Of a stretch of 64,000 nt of DNA, positions 49,594-61,543 are shown in pieces. Under the pieces are notes generated by a model. That model did not search any database and was not told where the DNA came from. It saw only the letters and a program-made list of their open reading frames with translations. The stretch's first letter is position 1. The number at the start of each line of letters is the position of its first letter. The DNA lies in contig NC_090598.1 of NCBI RefSeq assembly GCF_000497125.1, forward strand, positions 1,302,001 through 1,366,000, given 5' to 3'. Both the position numbers and the translations under genes were made by a program. Source of the stretch: Spironucleus salmonicida. Its lineage: Eukaryota.

Positions 49594-52500
49594 TCATTCT
49601 AAGTACTTTTACAGAACAGTTAAATCTGATAAAAGTGTACTAAAAACAACATTTCTATCAATATAAACATTACAAAGGTCTAGTAATACATCTCTTATCT
49701 CGATAATACATTTCTCAGCTCTATCTAAATCTATCACACTTATAAAATAATGTACTAAGTGACATTTTTCTTAAATAAGACTAAATTTCAGCTCTAAATT
49801 TTACTTTTATATTTCTGGAACTTTTTCAATTAACCCGTTTATAATAAAATTAGTAACTTCCTCAACACTATCCTACACTTTTTAAAGATCCAACTTTCTT
49901 TGATTCAAATAATCTGATACACAAATTTTTTCAAAATCTTTAGTCAAAATTAGGTGTCTGCCTAGTTCTAATTATATAAAGATATTCTAAAGCTAAACTG
50001 GGGAAATAAATATGGTTTAAAGATCAATAATTTGCTATTTATTTTCCAAAAAAAATGATGCTAAATTTTCGTCTGTAAAATGTATATTACCTGCTTAAAG
50101 AGAAATTTTTAACTATTCAAATTTAGTTGGATTCTAGTTCTAAAGAATTTTAAATTATGCAATCCTATATGAGGTAAAATCAAGTAGTAGTTTTTACACG
50201 ATATTCGTAAAAGTATAATAATCCTCATTGAATGAGCTAAAAATTATATTTTTTCGTTCATCAGAATAATTTAAAAAGAAGCTATTAATTGACATTTTTA
50301 TAAATTTTTAAGAAATTTTTTACTGCTTAATTATATCGATGCCAAAAAAATGATACAATTTTACATAGGTTTAAAAGATATCACCTGATTCCCCTTAAAA
50401 TTAATCAAAAAACAAGAACTAACTAAACGTATAAATTTCATCATAAAATGCTGAATGATGTGCCAAACCAGCTAGTAATTAGAATATAAACACGGATATA
50501 ATAGATTTCATTTTATACTTGTTTTAAAGCCATTTCAACAGAAATATAGGGAGATAGCAAATCTCATGAAAAGTATACCCATCTACACAGTATACAGTGA
50601 ACTTTCTATCGATATGATCTGTTACGTAAATAGTTGATGTTGATTAGCAATGAACCTGAGATCTTTTGCATTATTATATTTCTTTGTATATATAATTAAT
50701 CGTTTATAAAAGCCAATTCAATGATTTCAGTTAAATATTTTATAAAGGCACTAAAAGATAATCTTCATCTTAAATTTGGATTATTTTTAACGGTATAGAT
50801 AAATAATCTTATACTAACCTTAATATTAGAGGTAATTTTTAAAATTTTCCAAATGATGAAATTTTTATATACTAAATTTTATCCAATGGTTACGATATAA
50901 TTGTCTACGAATTATTAATATTTAGTAATTTTAAATTTAAACTTTCATATTATTAAATCTCTAATGTTGATTTAATTATGTTTGGTAACATATCAATATT
51001 GTAATAACAAAGACTTGTATGGTCTAGTTTATGCTTAAGTAGACTAGGAGTAAATGAGACTAAAGTTAATTCATCTTACTGTTTCATTTTGAAGCCATAT
51101 TTCCTACTTAAGATTAGAAATTACTTGTTGCTTCTAAAAAAATTAATGGTATCATCGAGAAGAATATCAAGACTGAACATTTATTATGATTATAAAATTA
51201 CTAAACTATCAATATATATTTATTCCAATAACTATATATTTTTAATCAGTTCCTATTCAGATAAAGATATAACCTTTGATTCTTTAGATATTTCTTCAAC
51301 ATCTTTTATTTTTTAACGTATTGATTTTGTAAACAATTATTATTTGATAATAGCAGAACTAACTTATGGTTTTACAATCTAATTAGATTAATGTTAAGAG
51401 ACAAATTATGGGCAGCCCAGTAACTTATCCTAAACTGTATTCTAACCCAATTAATCTTGCTAGTAAGTAATATCTTATGGGTCTGATTCCAAATTCTAAG
51501 TTTTACAATTTAAAATTTATAAAGCATTAAGTCGGTGCTCATCCCTAAATTAATCTTTATTAATTTGTAATTTAGATAATTACGGCTTATTAATGGTTAC
51601 TTAAAGTAACTATATAGATTTCTTTTCAACTTTTCCAAGTGACTCTTTATATTATTGTAACATATAATCATTTTCTAATATTCTCGATTTAACATCAATA
51701 TTTTCATCCTTGTATTCAGAATTAATATTTTTCTAAATATATTTATTAGATGTGGCGATAATTGGTATATATTATTTAAGTACATCAATAAACTACTTAT
51801 TTTAAATAACTTGGTCATAATCTCCTAATTATGATTAAAGCAATACAAGTTAATTAGATAATTTTGTGATAACTTATTATATGTATTATTCTTTGGCGTA
51901 TGATTTCGAAGTTTCTTGTTCTACTTAAACTTTGATATGGTCCTACTGAGGTTTCTAACCAAAATCTATTGGTTCGGAGTTAATAATAAGTTAATTCTAA
52001 TTTTATTTTAAAAATTATAGATTGGTATTATTTACTGTTGAAAAATCAACATTTTATTTTATTTTATTTAATATCTTATCAAGCTAGCTTGTATCTAGCT
52101 AGATTCCTTATGCAAATTCTAAGATGGAAGATTTAACTAATTATATGACATCTTATTCTTTTGAGACCTCTGTTTAGCTACTGTAATCCGATATGAAAGT
52201 ATCATTTTAACTGATTATCATTTATTTATCTTATACTTTTACCTAAGTTAATTTTCTGGACGTATGTGGGTTAGGTTTTTATTATTACAATCTACGAGTC
52301 ACTGTAATTTTTTTATCTACGAATTATTTTTAGTGCTGCAGAAGTTGATCAATTTCTGTATTTATATCTTATATTTGTTTTCTTTTTTATTATATTATTT
52401 AATCGTTTTTAGTAATTATTTTACGATTTAACCCTTTCTTATTTTCTTTATCTGTTGTGTCTACCTCAAATTATTGAATTTTCTATTAATCAGTTAGACA

Positions 52501-54816
52501 TTTATAATCTTTAAACATTCGTTACGATTCCTCTAAATTTAATTGCAGCTCTTTATTAGCACATTCAAATTCAAATAATTCATCTAATAACAAATCAATT
52601 TTGTTTTAATCTTCAGTAGTTGATGCAAAATAAATCTGCACACTTTAATCATGACTGAAAATTGTATCAGATGACTCTTATATATTATTTCGAGATAAAA
52701 TTGGTATAATATGGTCTATACTTGATTTCTAGAGTCCTTAAATACTAATACCCTCTTAATTAAAAATTAAATCTAAAAACTAAAACTCTGGTGTTTCTAA
52801 TATTTTAGGAAATATTTAATTTCTAATAATAAAAGGTTTTGTCTGCGATGATTAGTTCTTTTTTTAATCCTCACTTTGACATCCTTGATCTTTATGTTTA
52901 ATCGAGGTTTATTTAATCAAATTTTCGAAATCTAATTTTATATCTTAAATTACAGTATCTTATTTATTAATAATATCATCTTGATTCTCTTAAATAATGC
53001 AATCAAAGTTTTAACATATATTTTCATGAGATGATTCCTCCAATTCTGAAGAATTATAAATCTATTCACGCAATTAGTTATCTGTATCAACTTCGGAAGC
53101 GTTTATATTTTTGCATTTACTATGTTATTTCTTTTTTTAAGATTTAATAGCATTAACATCATTTTTCTTAGTATATTTAGATACTTTAGTTTACTTAAAT
53201 TATATGATATCTTTTACATCATCTTCCGATATAATTCTTGAAAAAATTTAAGTTTGTTATTTAAATTATAATGACTTATTCAATAAAGTTTATTACTAAG
53301 TTTACAAACTTTCCTAGACGAATAACTAAACATTTAATTCATTTTTTTCTTCCATTTTAATAGTAATATCTTCATATGTTTAAACATATCTGTTTATTAA
53401 TTTCATAGAAGAAAAATCCTACGCCATTTTAAGTCCTGTAAAAAATTAGGTTGAGTTTTTTGCAATAATACCTTGTTAAAATATTTATTTTAATTAATTA
53501 ATATCTTACTATTATAATTTAGCCTCTACCAAATCGGATGCTTTCATATTAGATATTTTTGCTAATGCTTACGCCCCATTTTTGCATAATTCCTCTAGTT
53601 CCTTAACTTTTTGAGTTATTGTAATAGATTAATCATCTTAATTCTATTCCTGCTAAACAAATAATTATTATTTTTACAATTATTCCGCATGTTACTCTTA
53701 CAAAGAAAGCATTTCTTACTCAATGATATGAGTAGAATTCTATAATTCCCCAATAATTCTATCTTTTTCTTTTAACTACTTCTCAAATCTTTCTATTATA
53801 ATATGTTGTTAATCTTTTTAATCACATATATCTTGCAATTAAAATGCAATATCGTCTCTTTGTTTTTTTATTTTTTCCAAATTTGGTTTTATACTTATTA
53901 AATTGTTTGTTAACCGCTTTGTGCGTGCTTTCATATCATCATACTGAGTATGTAACTATTATAATAATACTTAAGATTGTTCATACTAAAATTTAACTGA
54001 TGTAATCTCGCTATTTAATTATTCTTTATCTGCTTAATATGTAAAAAACGTTATACGTAATTTATCTTCTTAGTCTTTATACCTTTTGATTGATTGCTCA
54101 TACTAATTTATAATCTACGTTTATTATTAGTTTTAATTATAAATATGTTTATACTACTATTATAAAACTGAATATTCTTAATCGATTCTTTTTGTTGCTT
54201 CCTCTAATGCTTTCTATTATGTTGGTCTTTAAAAATGTGCATAACAATAATATCTTTTAATATACTCTAAAGTTTTAATAAGGGAATCTTCTGCTTCTTA
54301 GCCTTACATAAATTCAAGAATTCTAGTAAAAGCTATGTTTACTAAATCAAAATCAGTAGCGGATAAATGAGTCTAGTCATCTGATTGAAATTATCGCTCT
54401 ATTTTAAGTAAATCATCTACAACTAGCATATCGTCATCAAACAATGGATCAAAGTCCCTTTTTGCTAAAATTTATTCAATCATAGATTTTAATCCTTCTA
54501 AAACATCTATATTTTCAGGTGCTTATTCTGACAAATGTGATAATAGTTCTTATCGTTCTGTATCTCCGTTACTTCTCCAGGTATGATTTAATGCTCTTTC
54601 CCGAAAATTGGTATCTTCTGCCAATCTTTACGTTTAAAATAGTTATGCTGATATCTCAATAGTTGGCTATATAGACTTTTAAAAGACGGAATGACATCTT
54701 ATTGGTGACTTAGTTTGAAGCTATTTTATATCTGATTTATTTTATCCATATGTTTGCAAAACCACCTCCCCTGATATTTTTTGATAGGTAGGTTTGACTG
54801 GGGGTAAATTTTTCAT
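49594..54816 (-). CDS. Giant coiled-coil protein, 1740 aa (paralog of 43472-49075)
   Basis: MKNLPPVKPTYQK, KSPIR, DFDPLFDD and QLKSLNWLLQTI blocks; frame spot-checked. Confidence 0.78.
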
Positions 54817-54945
54817 TTAAACTATAATAAATGTTATATTATATTATACCAAATAATATGACAAGATAGTCTCCTTTCTTTCTCATAGTAAATAAAATAA
54901 ATAATCTAGATAATGAATAAAAGTTCTTAAAATAAAATTTAAAAA

Positions 54946-56598
54946 TCATTATTTTGCACTAATATACAAAGCATTACCAACACCTAAAATAAAGATATTC
55001 TGTCCTGGTACAAATTCGGCACACTTCTTCTGTTGATAATCTTACATACTGCTAATATTAATTGGCTACCATTAGAGTTTAGTAACTGTATAATCTTCTT
55101 TTTCATCTAGGTTAAACACAATAAATCCACTAAAAATATTAGGTCTGATCATGATTCCCTTATCATCTTCTGTAAAAATTAAATTTTAACCGAAGTTGAC
55201 TATTTCACTTTATAATAACACCTCTTCTTCATTACCACTTAAATAAATATTTTTGAAATATTAATATAAATGAGGATGTTAGCGTAATTAATTAACCAGC
55301 TTAACGCTTTTTTTGCTTTTAAGATTAACAATTTCTGATTAACTTAAAAACATATCAAACCCGCCTTAAATATCATTACCATTATCCACTTGTTCAATTA
55401 ATTACTTAAACTCTTCTCCAGTTGAAATTTCTTAGTCTATACTTATACTACTACAATCTTTTTCCACCTCTTAAAATATGTCAAAATCATCGCTATCCTC
55501 ATTATTCATAGCGTCAATATCTTTTTATTATGTTAAATCCTATTCTTTCATAGAGAATTTTGGTACAAATTTTAAATCATTTATTTAAAAGTTGAATGGA
55601 AACTGTTTAATTATTTTACCGAGGTTCCCATTTTGGCTATCAAATTTAAATATTTAAATATCTGAATGGGTTAAAATAGCAAGTTTTTCATGGTCTTTAC
55701 TAAATTTAAAATTTAAAATCTTATTAGTCTAAAATTAGAATATTTTGAGCAATTCGCACTTTTCAGCAGGTGACCACAATTTTGCCAAAAGGTTTAGAGT
55801 CATTTCATGCTTCTTAATCTCGGCTTTCGATTTGTCAATCTACCTCCAGTCCTCTCGAAACTTCTTTATGTCCAAATCGTGATCTTCTTTTGGTTGCCCA
55901 GCGTTGATCTTATACTTATACAAAAAATTGCCATGCTAGATGAAAATTTAGTCGGGATCGGGCCCAAATTGCACGTTTGGTGCCTCTGCTCCAGCCGCAG
56001 CCCCAAATGCAGGCAGGATAACCTCGGTGACCGAAATCTACAGCTCGCCAGAATTGAGGAACCCCGGCTGGTCGTGAATGGCGATGACCGCAAATGACTT
56101 TTCTCCAATTGCAATCACGGCCTACGGTAGGAGATATTGCTGGCGTGAAGCCGCTGGGGACGTGGTTGCGATGATTTAGTTTGGCACAAACGGTAAATTG
56201 GCCTCTAGGACAGTTCCTTACACCGGGTCAATGATGTGCAGCAGACGCTGGCTATTGTAAATTACGGCCACGAACAGGTCTGGCTTCCACTGCACGAAGC
56301 CGTCGCTGACGTACTGCAGGGAGGAGCAGAAAATGGCCTGCTTGATGATCAGGTGCGATGGAGTCTGAAACTGCTACAGCACACGCTTTTCCGCTGCTAG
56401 GTCCGGTGCCACTGCTTCGACGACGAAAATCGACTGCTAATTCGCCACCAGCGCGAGGCTCGTCAGGACCTGGTGGAAGCAAATCGACTGAATTTGAGGA
56501 ACAAAATGCACATTTTAGGACTGTTCAGCGTCATCGCCCTATTACTGCAGTACGAGCTTTGCTACCATGCGGTAGGATGGTAAATCCCTGATAGACAT
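54946..56598 (-). CDS. Hypothetical protein, probable beta-propeller (WD40-like), 550 aa
   Basis: MSIRDLPSYRMVAKL...; short hydrophobic strand patterns (LLHIID, LAKLWS, IFILGVGNALYI). Confidence 0.65.
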
Positions 56599-56653
56599 TT
56601 GTAGAAGTGAAAATAGTTACTATATTATATTAAAAGTAAGGTAATATTGTAAA

Positions 56654-58762
56654 ATGGATTTTAACTTAAATGATATTCTATCCAGCCTAAACATGAAAAA
56701 TTTGTGCCTAGATAATCTAAAAGATAGCAGATAGGAGCTTATTTATGATAAAGAATCGACGCAGCTTACAACTGAAGTTTTGCAAAATATTGGAATTAAC
56801 ATTTAAGAATAAGGTGAACTTTAGGCTAAAATTACACATTCTTAAAAGGATTAATAGTAGAATCAGAGTTTATCGTAGAATTAATAAAGGTAATAGGCTA
56901 AACCATCTAAATTTCAAACAAATTTAATTTATAGAAATTCATCCAAATTATAATCTCCAATTTTGCCTGTTAAGACGTAAGCAAATGTACGGAATTAGGT
57001 AAAAAATTCTGAAATTATGTAACAATTTCAAAGAAAATAACAAAACGAAACAAGATTTTAAGAAATACGTGATTAAGTTAGATAAGAAATGGAAGCAAAA
57101 AAACTTATAGAAGAGTCAAAATTAAAGTAGCTTAAATTAATCGAAAATAGTAAGTTTTAGAATTCAAAATTTTTAGAAATTACATAGAAATAAGCAAAAA
57201 AATAAATCGAAGAAGCACAATAACGAGAAAGAGATGCGAAATGCTAAATTTTGATTATAAATGAAGATCTAAAAAGAAAAGTAAAATGTATGACTATAAT
57301 AAAGAATAAATATTTTCTTTTAAAGCATAATTCAGAAAAAATTATATATAAGCATAACGCAAGACTTTAAAGAAAAATTATGAATTATATTGTCGAATCT
57401 ATTAAAAATGTCAATTTATAGAAGGAAATATAGATGCAAAAGGTAAAATAAGATTAATAAACAAAGTTATATCTAGATGCAATATAAATGTAAAACTTTT
57501 ATTTATAAAAGAAGCTGTTTAAGCTATTTCTACGACTAGGTAGAGTAAAACGCAGCTAACAACGAATTTCATCAGAATAATAGGAGAGAATCGACAAGAT
57601 TGACAAATTTATGTCTAAATTTGAAAATTTGGATAGTGTATTAGAAAGTAATGTAAAATAACAAGCAGATATTTAGAAAGAGGTTGAGATATTAAAAACT
57701 TAGAAAACTGTAAAGTTAACATAAAAATTAAATATACCATAATAAAAAAATATTTAGTAATCAACCATAAAATAAGAAGAATAACCTAATTTAATTGAAA
57801 CTATAATTAATGATCCTAACTAGTCGAAATGTTAATAACATAGTAAAGAGATTATTAAACCAGTTACAAAATTGAAACCATATAAAGCTCCTTAAAAGCC
57901 ATAATATTTACTACAAATGGAAGAACGTGAGTAAAAACGGAAATTAATAAAAGAACAAAAATAGTAATTAGAAAAGGATAAGAAGAAATAGTCGGAAGAA
58001 AAAATGGAGTTAGAAAAAATTTAATAGAAATAGACGATAATTGATAACTAATATAAAGCAGAGTGTCATTATGGATACTAATATCTTATCATTTATCCTT
58101 TAAGTTTGTGGCGTAAAAAATTTGTTCAATTATAAATGATTGAAAAAAATGTTATTAATAAAAACAAGTATAATTTATTGAAGAATACATTCTCATAGAC
58201 TATATAATTAAATAAAAATCAAAAAATTAATCAAAACCAATTAACAACAATTCTTTTGACTAATTTTAATAAGTGCATTTTATCATACTAAAGCCTACTA
58301 GTATTAAATATATTTAAGAAAAATTTATATCTTTCTTAACTAAATATAATTAAAGCTTAAAGCACAGCTAATTCATGTGTACTGAAAAAATATTTTTATC
58401 TAGTGTATAACGCATATAGAAATGCTGAATCAGACCATATCTAAGCATCAATACCATAACGAAATCTAGTTTTGCTCAAAGCATCTATTTTTACATGGAA
58501 ACGGTCTATTTAATTATTAAAACGTAGAATTAAAGCAGAATAGTATGCAGAACGATAAATATAGAAGCTGGAATTTAATATGGTATAATTTGAAAATATT
58601 ATTGATAGAAATTTTAATAGAGTTTGGGATAATAAGCATCCCCTGGAAAAGACATTCCATAATTTATGTGACACTATCTTGGAAGATGAATAAATTTTTA
58701 TTTAAAATCTTAAAAACTTTGGTTAATAAGCTATTTTCGAACTGGATATTATCTATTTATGA
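56654..58762 (+). CDS. Coiled-coil protein with Sfi1-like W-ending repeats (CCDC191-like), 702 aa
   Basis: LLQMEEREQKRK..., KAECHYGYQYLIIYPLSLWRK, LLKASIFTWKR; the TGA is followed by GTGA. Confidence 0.65.
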
Positions 58763-58775
58763 GTGATTAAATTGC

Positions 58776-59072
58776 TCATTTAAAATTAAACTCTTAGAAT
58801 AAATTCAGATTTAAAGTATTTGGTAGCTCTAAAATTTATATTAAAAACTTCTATTCAAATTATTTCTATAAATCTTTCACATTAATAGTATCTGATACAT
58901 AAATAACGTCACAAATATCAGATTTTAAAAAAGTAAAAGACTACAAATTAAATAAAGTGTTATCAACAAGTTATGCAGATATCTAATCAGATAATACTCT
59001 TATTTAATCATGAATTCTTTTGCTAGTTGAATATAGAACAATTCCACTTAAATGATAAATGCATAAACTCAT
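58776..59072 (-). CDS. Small hypothetical protein (longin/roadblock-like N-terminus), 98 aa
   Basis: MSLCIYHLSGIVLYS...; ATG 2 nt after the syntaxin stop. Confidence 0.5.
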
Positions 59073-59074
59073 TT

Positions 59075-59827
59075 TCAAGTACTTTTAAGAACTAAGCTGC
59101 ATAATCCCATAAGTAATATAATAATTATTATTACAATAATTGAAATTTTTATAAGCTATTTTTTCAATTTATTTGCTTTTAGTGCTTTTTCGTGATTTTC
59201 TTCTGACTCTTTTATATTTTTTAAAGACTATTCTAATTTTTTATTACATAAGTTGAGAAACTCTCCTTGCTGTATTTATAATGAAATAGTTGTTATAGTT
59301 GCATCTAAAATTTCCTATGATAAATCTCTGCATATTTATGTTTACTATTAAATTACTTTTGAGTTTTACAACTCATATTTAATATACTGTAAATCATCAT
59401 GAACTAAATGCTACACTACTTTTTCTTCATCAATTTCCTCATTATAATAAATATTATTCATAGCCAAAATATGATGAATTGCTTGCTTTCTAATACCTTA
59501 ATTTGTAAGTTCTCTATCATGTAGTTTTTAGACTTGCTAAACAAACGTTAATGCAATTTAGTTCAAGCAAGTAACTTAGTCTTATGTTCTTACTAATGCC
59601 GTTGAGGATGTTAAATCATCGGAAAATGTCTTAAATTTTTCTTTTATTTTATAAACAACATGTTTTATTTGTTGATTTATCGAATTAATTGTAAACGTTT
59701 AAACATCAGGAGGAATACTGTCAATTTCTTTTTAAATTTATATCAATTAAGATCGTAGAATTATTAGAGATCTATCAAATTTTTAGTAAGATATATAATT
59801 CTCTTCTAAAATGATAGAATTCTCCAT
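59075..59827 (-). CDS. Syntaxin-like Qa-SNARE, 250 aa
   Basis: Helical N-domain, SNARE motif IQQGEFLNLCNKKLEQS...HEKA and C-terminal TM ISIIVIIIIILLMGLCSLVL. Confidence 0.75.
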
Positions 59828-59853
59828 TATTGAATCAAAATTATGGGATGGAA

Positions 59854-60897
59854 TCACTTTAAAAATTCATACTATTTACGAATTCCACACCATTTTTCTC
59901 CATCGAATTCATCCTCGTATGTTATTTTATTTAACTCAGCATTAACATCTAATACACAATCACTACAAGCAACTAATAAATCTTAAAAATTCCAAATATC
60001 TAAATTTTAAAACAAGAAATAAACTCTTTTTTTAAACGAGAATGGTAATAAATCCCTTTAAAAGAAAATTACTTATGATTAAATGCATGAATTTTAAGGG
60101 ATTGCACATCCCCAATTCTTATCATATGTAAATTTTATTACTTGCTTAAAATATTTAAAGCTCAGCTAATTATTCACTAAAAATTCCTCATCATAATCTA
60201 GTTAAACAGCTTTAAGTGATAAGGAAATTGGAATATTTAAATTGTCGTAAAATGTTTAAATTTACTAGAACGAGAAAATTTTATTTTTGCAGGAAAAATC
60301 ATAAAGTATCGAACTAACTATTTTCAAAGGAGTAAATGTAATGTAATCTGAAGTTAATTTCATATTACTTTATAATTGATTTTCATAATTAAAAGATACA
60401 TTATCAACTTAATCTAGTAAATAAGCAATTTAACCATCAAAATTAACATTTTCGAAAACTTCTTCTAATTATTAAATGACAATTTCAATATTTGTTTCTG
60501 CTTAAAAATATCTCGCTAATATTTAAGAGATCTAACCAATTGAAGGTGAAAAATTTAGATTTTATATAGCCAAAAACTAATAATATTCATAATCTGAACA
60601 AATAAACTCAGATCTGGGCCTAGATTAAATTTAAAATAAGTTAGGCTTGACTTTTGTAAATTCAAGATACTTATCAAGTTTGTTTGAGACTCTATTGTCT
60701 TTAAAGAAAAATACTGAGTTTGTTGTCAGTAACCACTTTAGCTGGTATGTTTCTGTTTTAGTAACCAAAAATGAATCTCCAGATGTAGTAGATGCTAATA
60801 TTTAGCTTTAATCAAGTAATTATGGATGTGTATAAAAAGGTTCCGGGAGATCGGCAATACAGACATTCTGCCCTTATTCAAAAATTACGGATTACAT
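59854..60897 (-). CDS. DCC1: Sister chromatid cohesion protein DCC1-like (Ctf18-RFC subunit), 347 aa
   Basis: FLVTKTETYQLKWLLTTNSVFF...YLEFTKVKP and C-terminal LPFSFKKRVYFLF...WNFQD match DCC1 blocks; ends AAG TGA. Confidence 0.65.
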
Positions 60898-60912
60898 TAT
60901 TGGAAAGGTATA

Positions 60913-61437
60913 TCACTTAACTTTTTCATGTACTAAATCAGCCAATATTTAATGTCCTTCTTCTGAAAAATGAATTCCGTCATCGCCAAGTATGTTTAAG
61001 TCTTTCAGATCAATTAATTCTGCATTAATTTAGTCAATATTTTTTCTAAACAGTCGTTCATTTTCTTATGTATCTTTAAAACAATCCCAAAACCCTCCTA
61101 GCTTTTAGTATTCAATACCAGGATGAATTATAAAATAGTTTTTAGCATTATATGAGGCGTCAAAAAATAAATTGATCGCTAAAATAACATCTGAATAAAG
61201 AATTTCTCTTAAGTCGTTTAAACCAATTAATAATATGCATATTTTAGGTTAAATAGTAATAATTTACTTATACAATTCCAATGATTTCGTTGCAAAACGA
61301 CCTGGCTATCCATCCGATACAATTTTGCTGGAAATTTTTGTCTACAATATATTTGTCCAAATCTTAGCTTTTGGATAAAGTGCCATAGCATTTGGTTTCC
61401 ATCCAGCCACATTAGAGTCACCAAATATACATATCAT
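60913..61437 (-). CDS. SGNH/GDSL hydrolase (arylesterase/lipase-like), 174 aa
   Basis: Block I CIFGDSNVAG, block II DGQPGR, block III LIGLND, block V DGIHFSEEGH. Confidence 0.9.
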
Positions 61438-61543
61438 TTTTTGATAATGTAATATATTATAATTTTATAAATATGACAAATACAACTAGAAATATATTTT
61501 GATATAATATTCATAAAATTTAAAAATCCCCACTTTATTGCAA

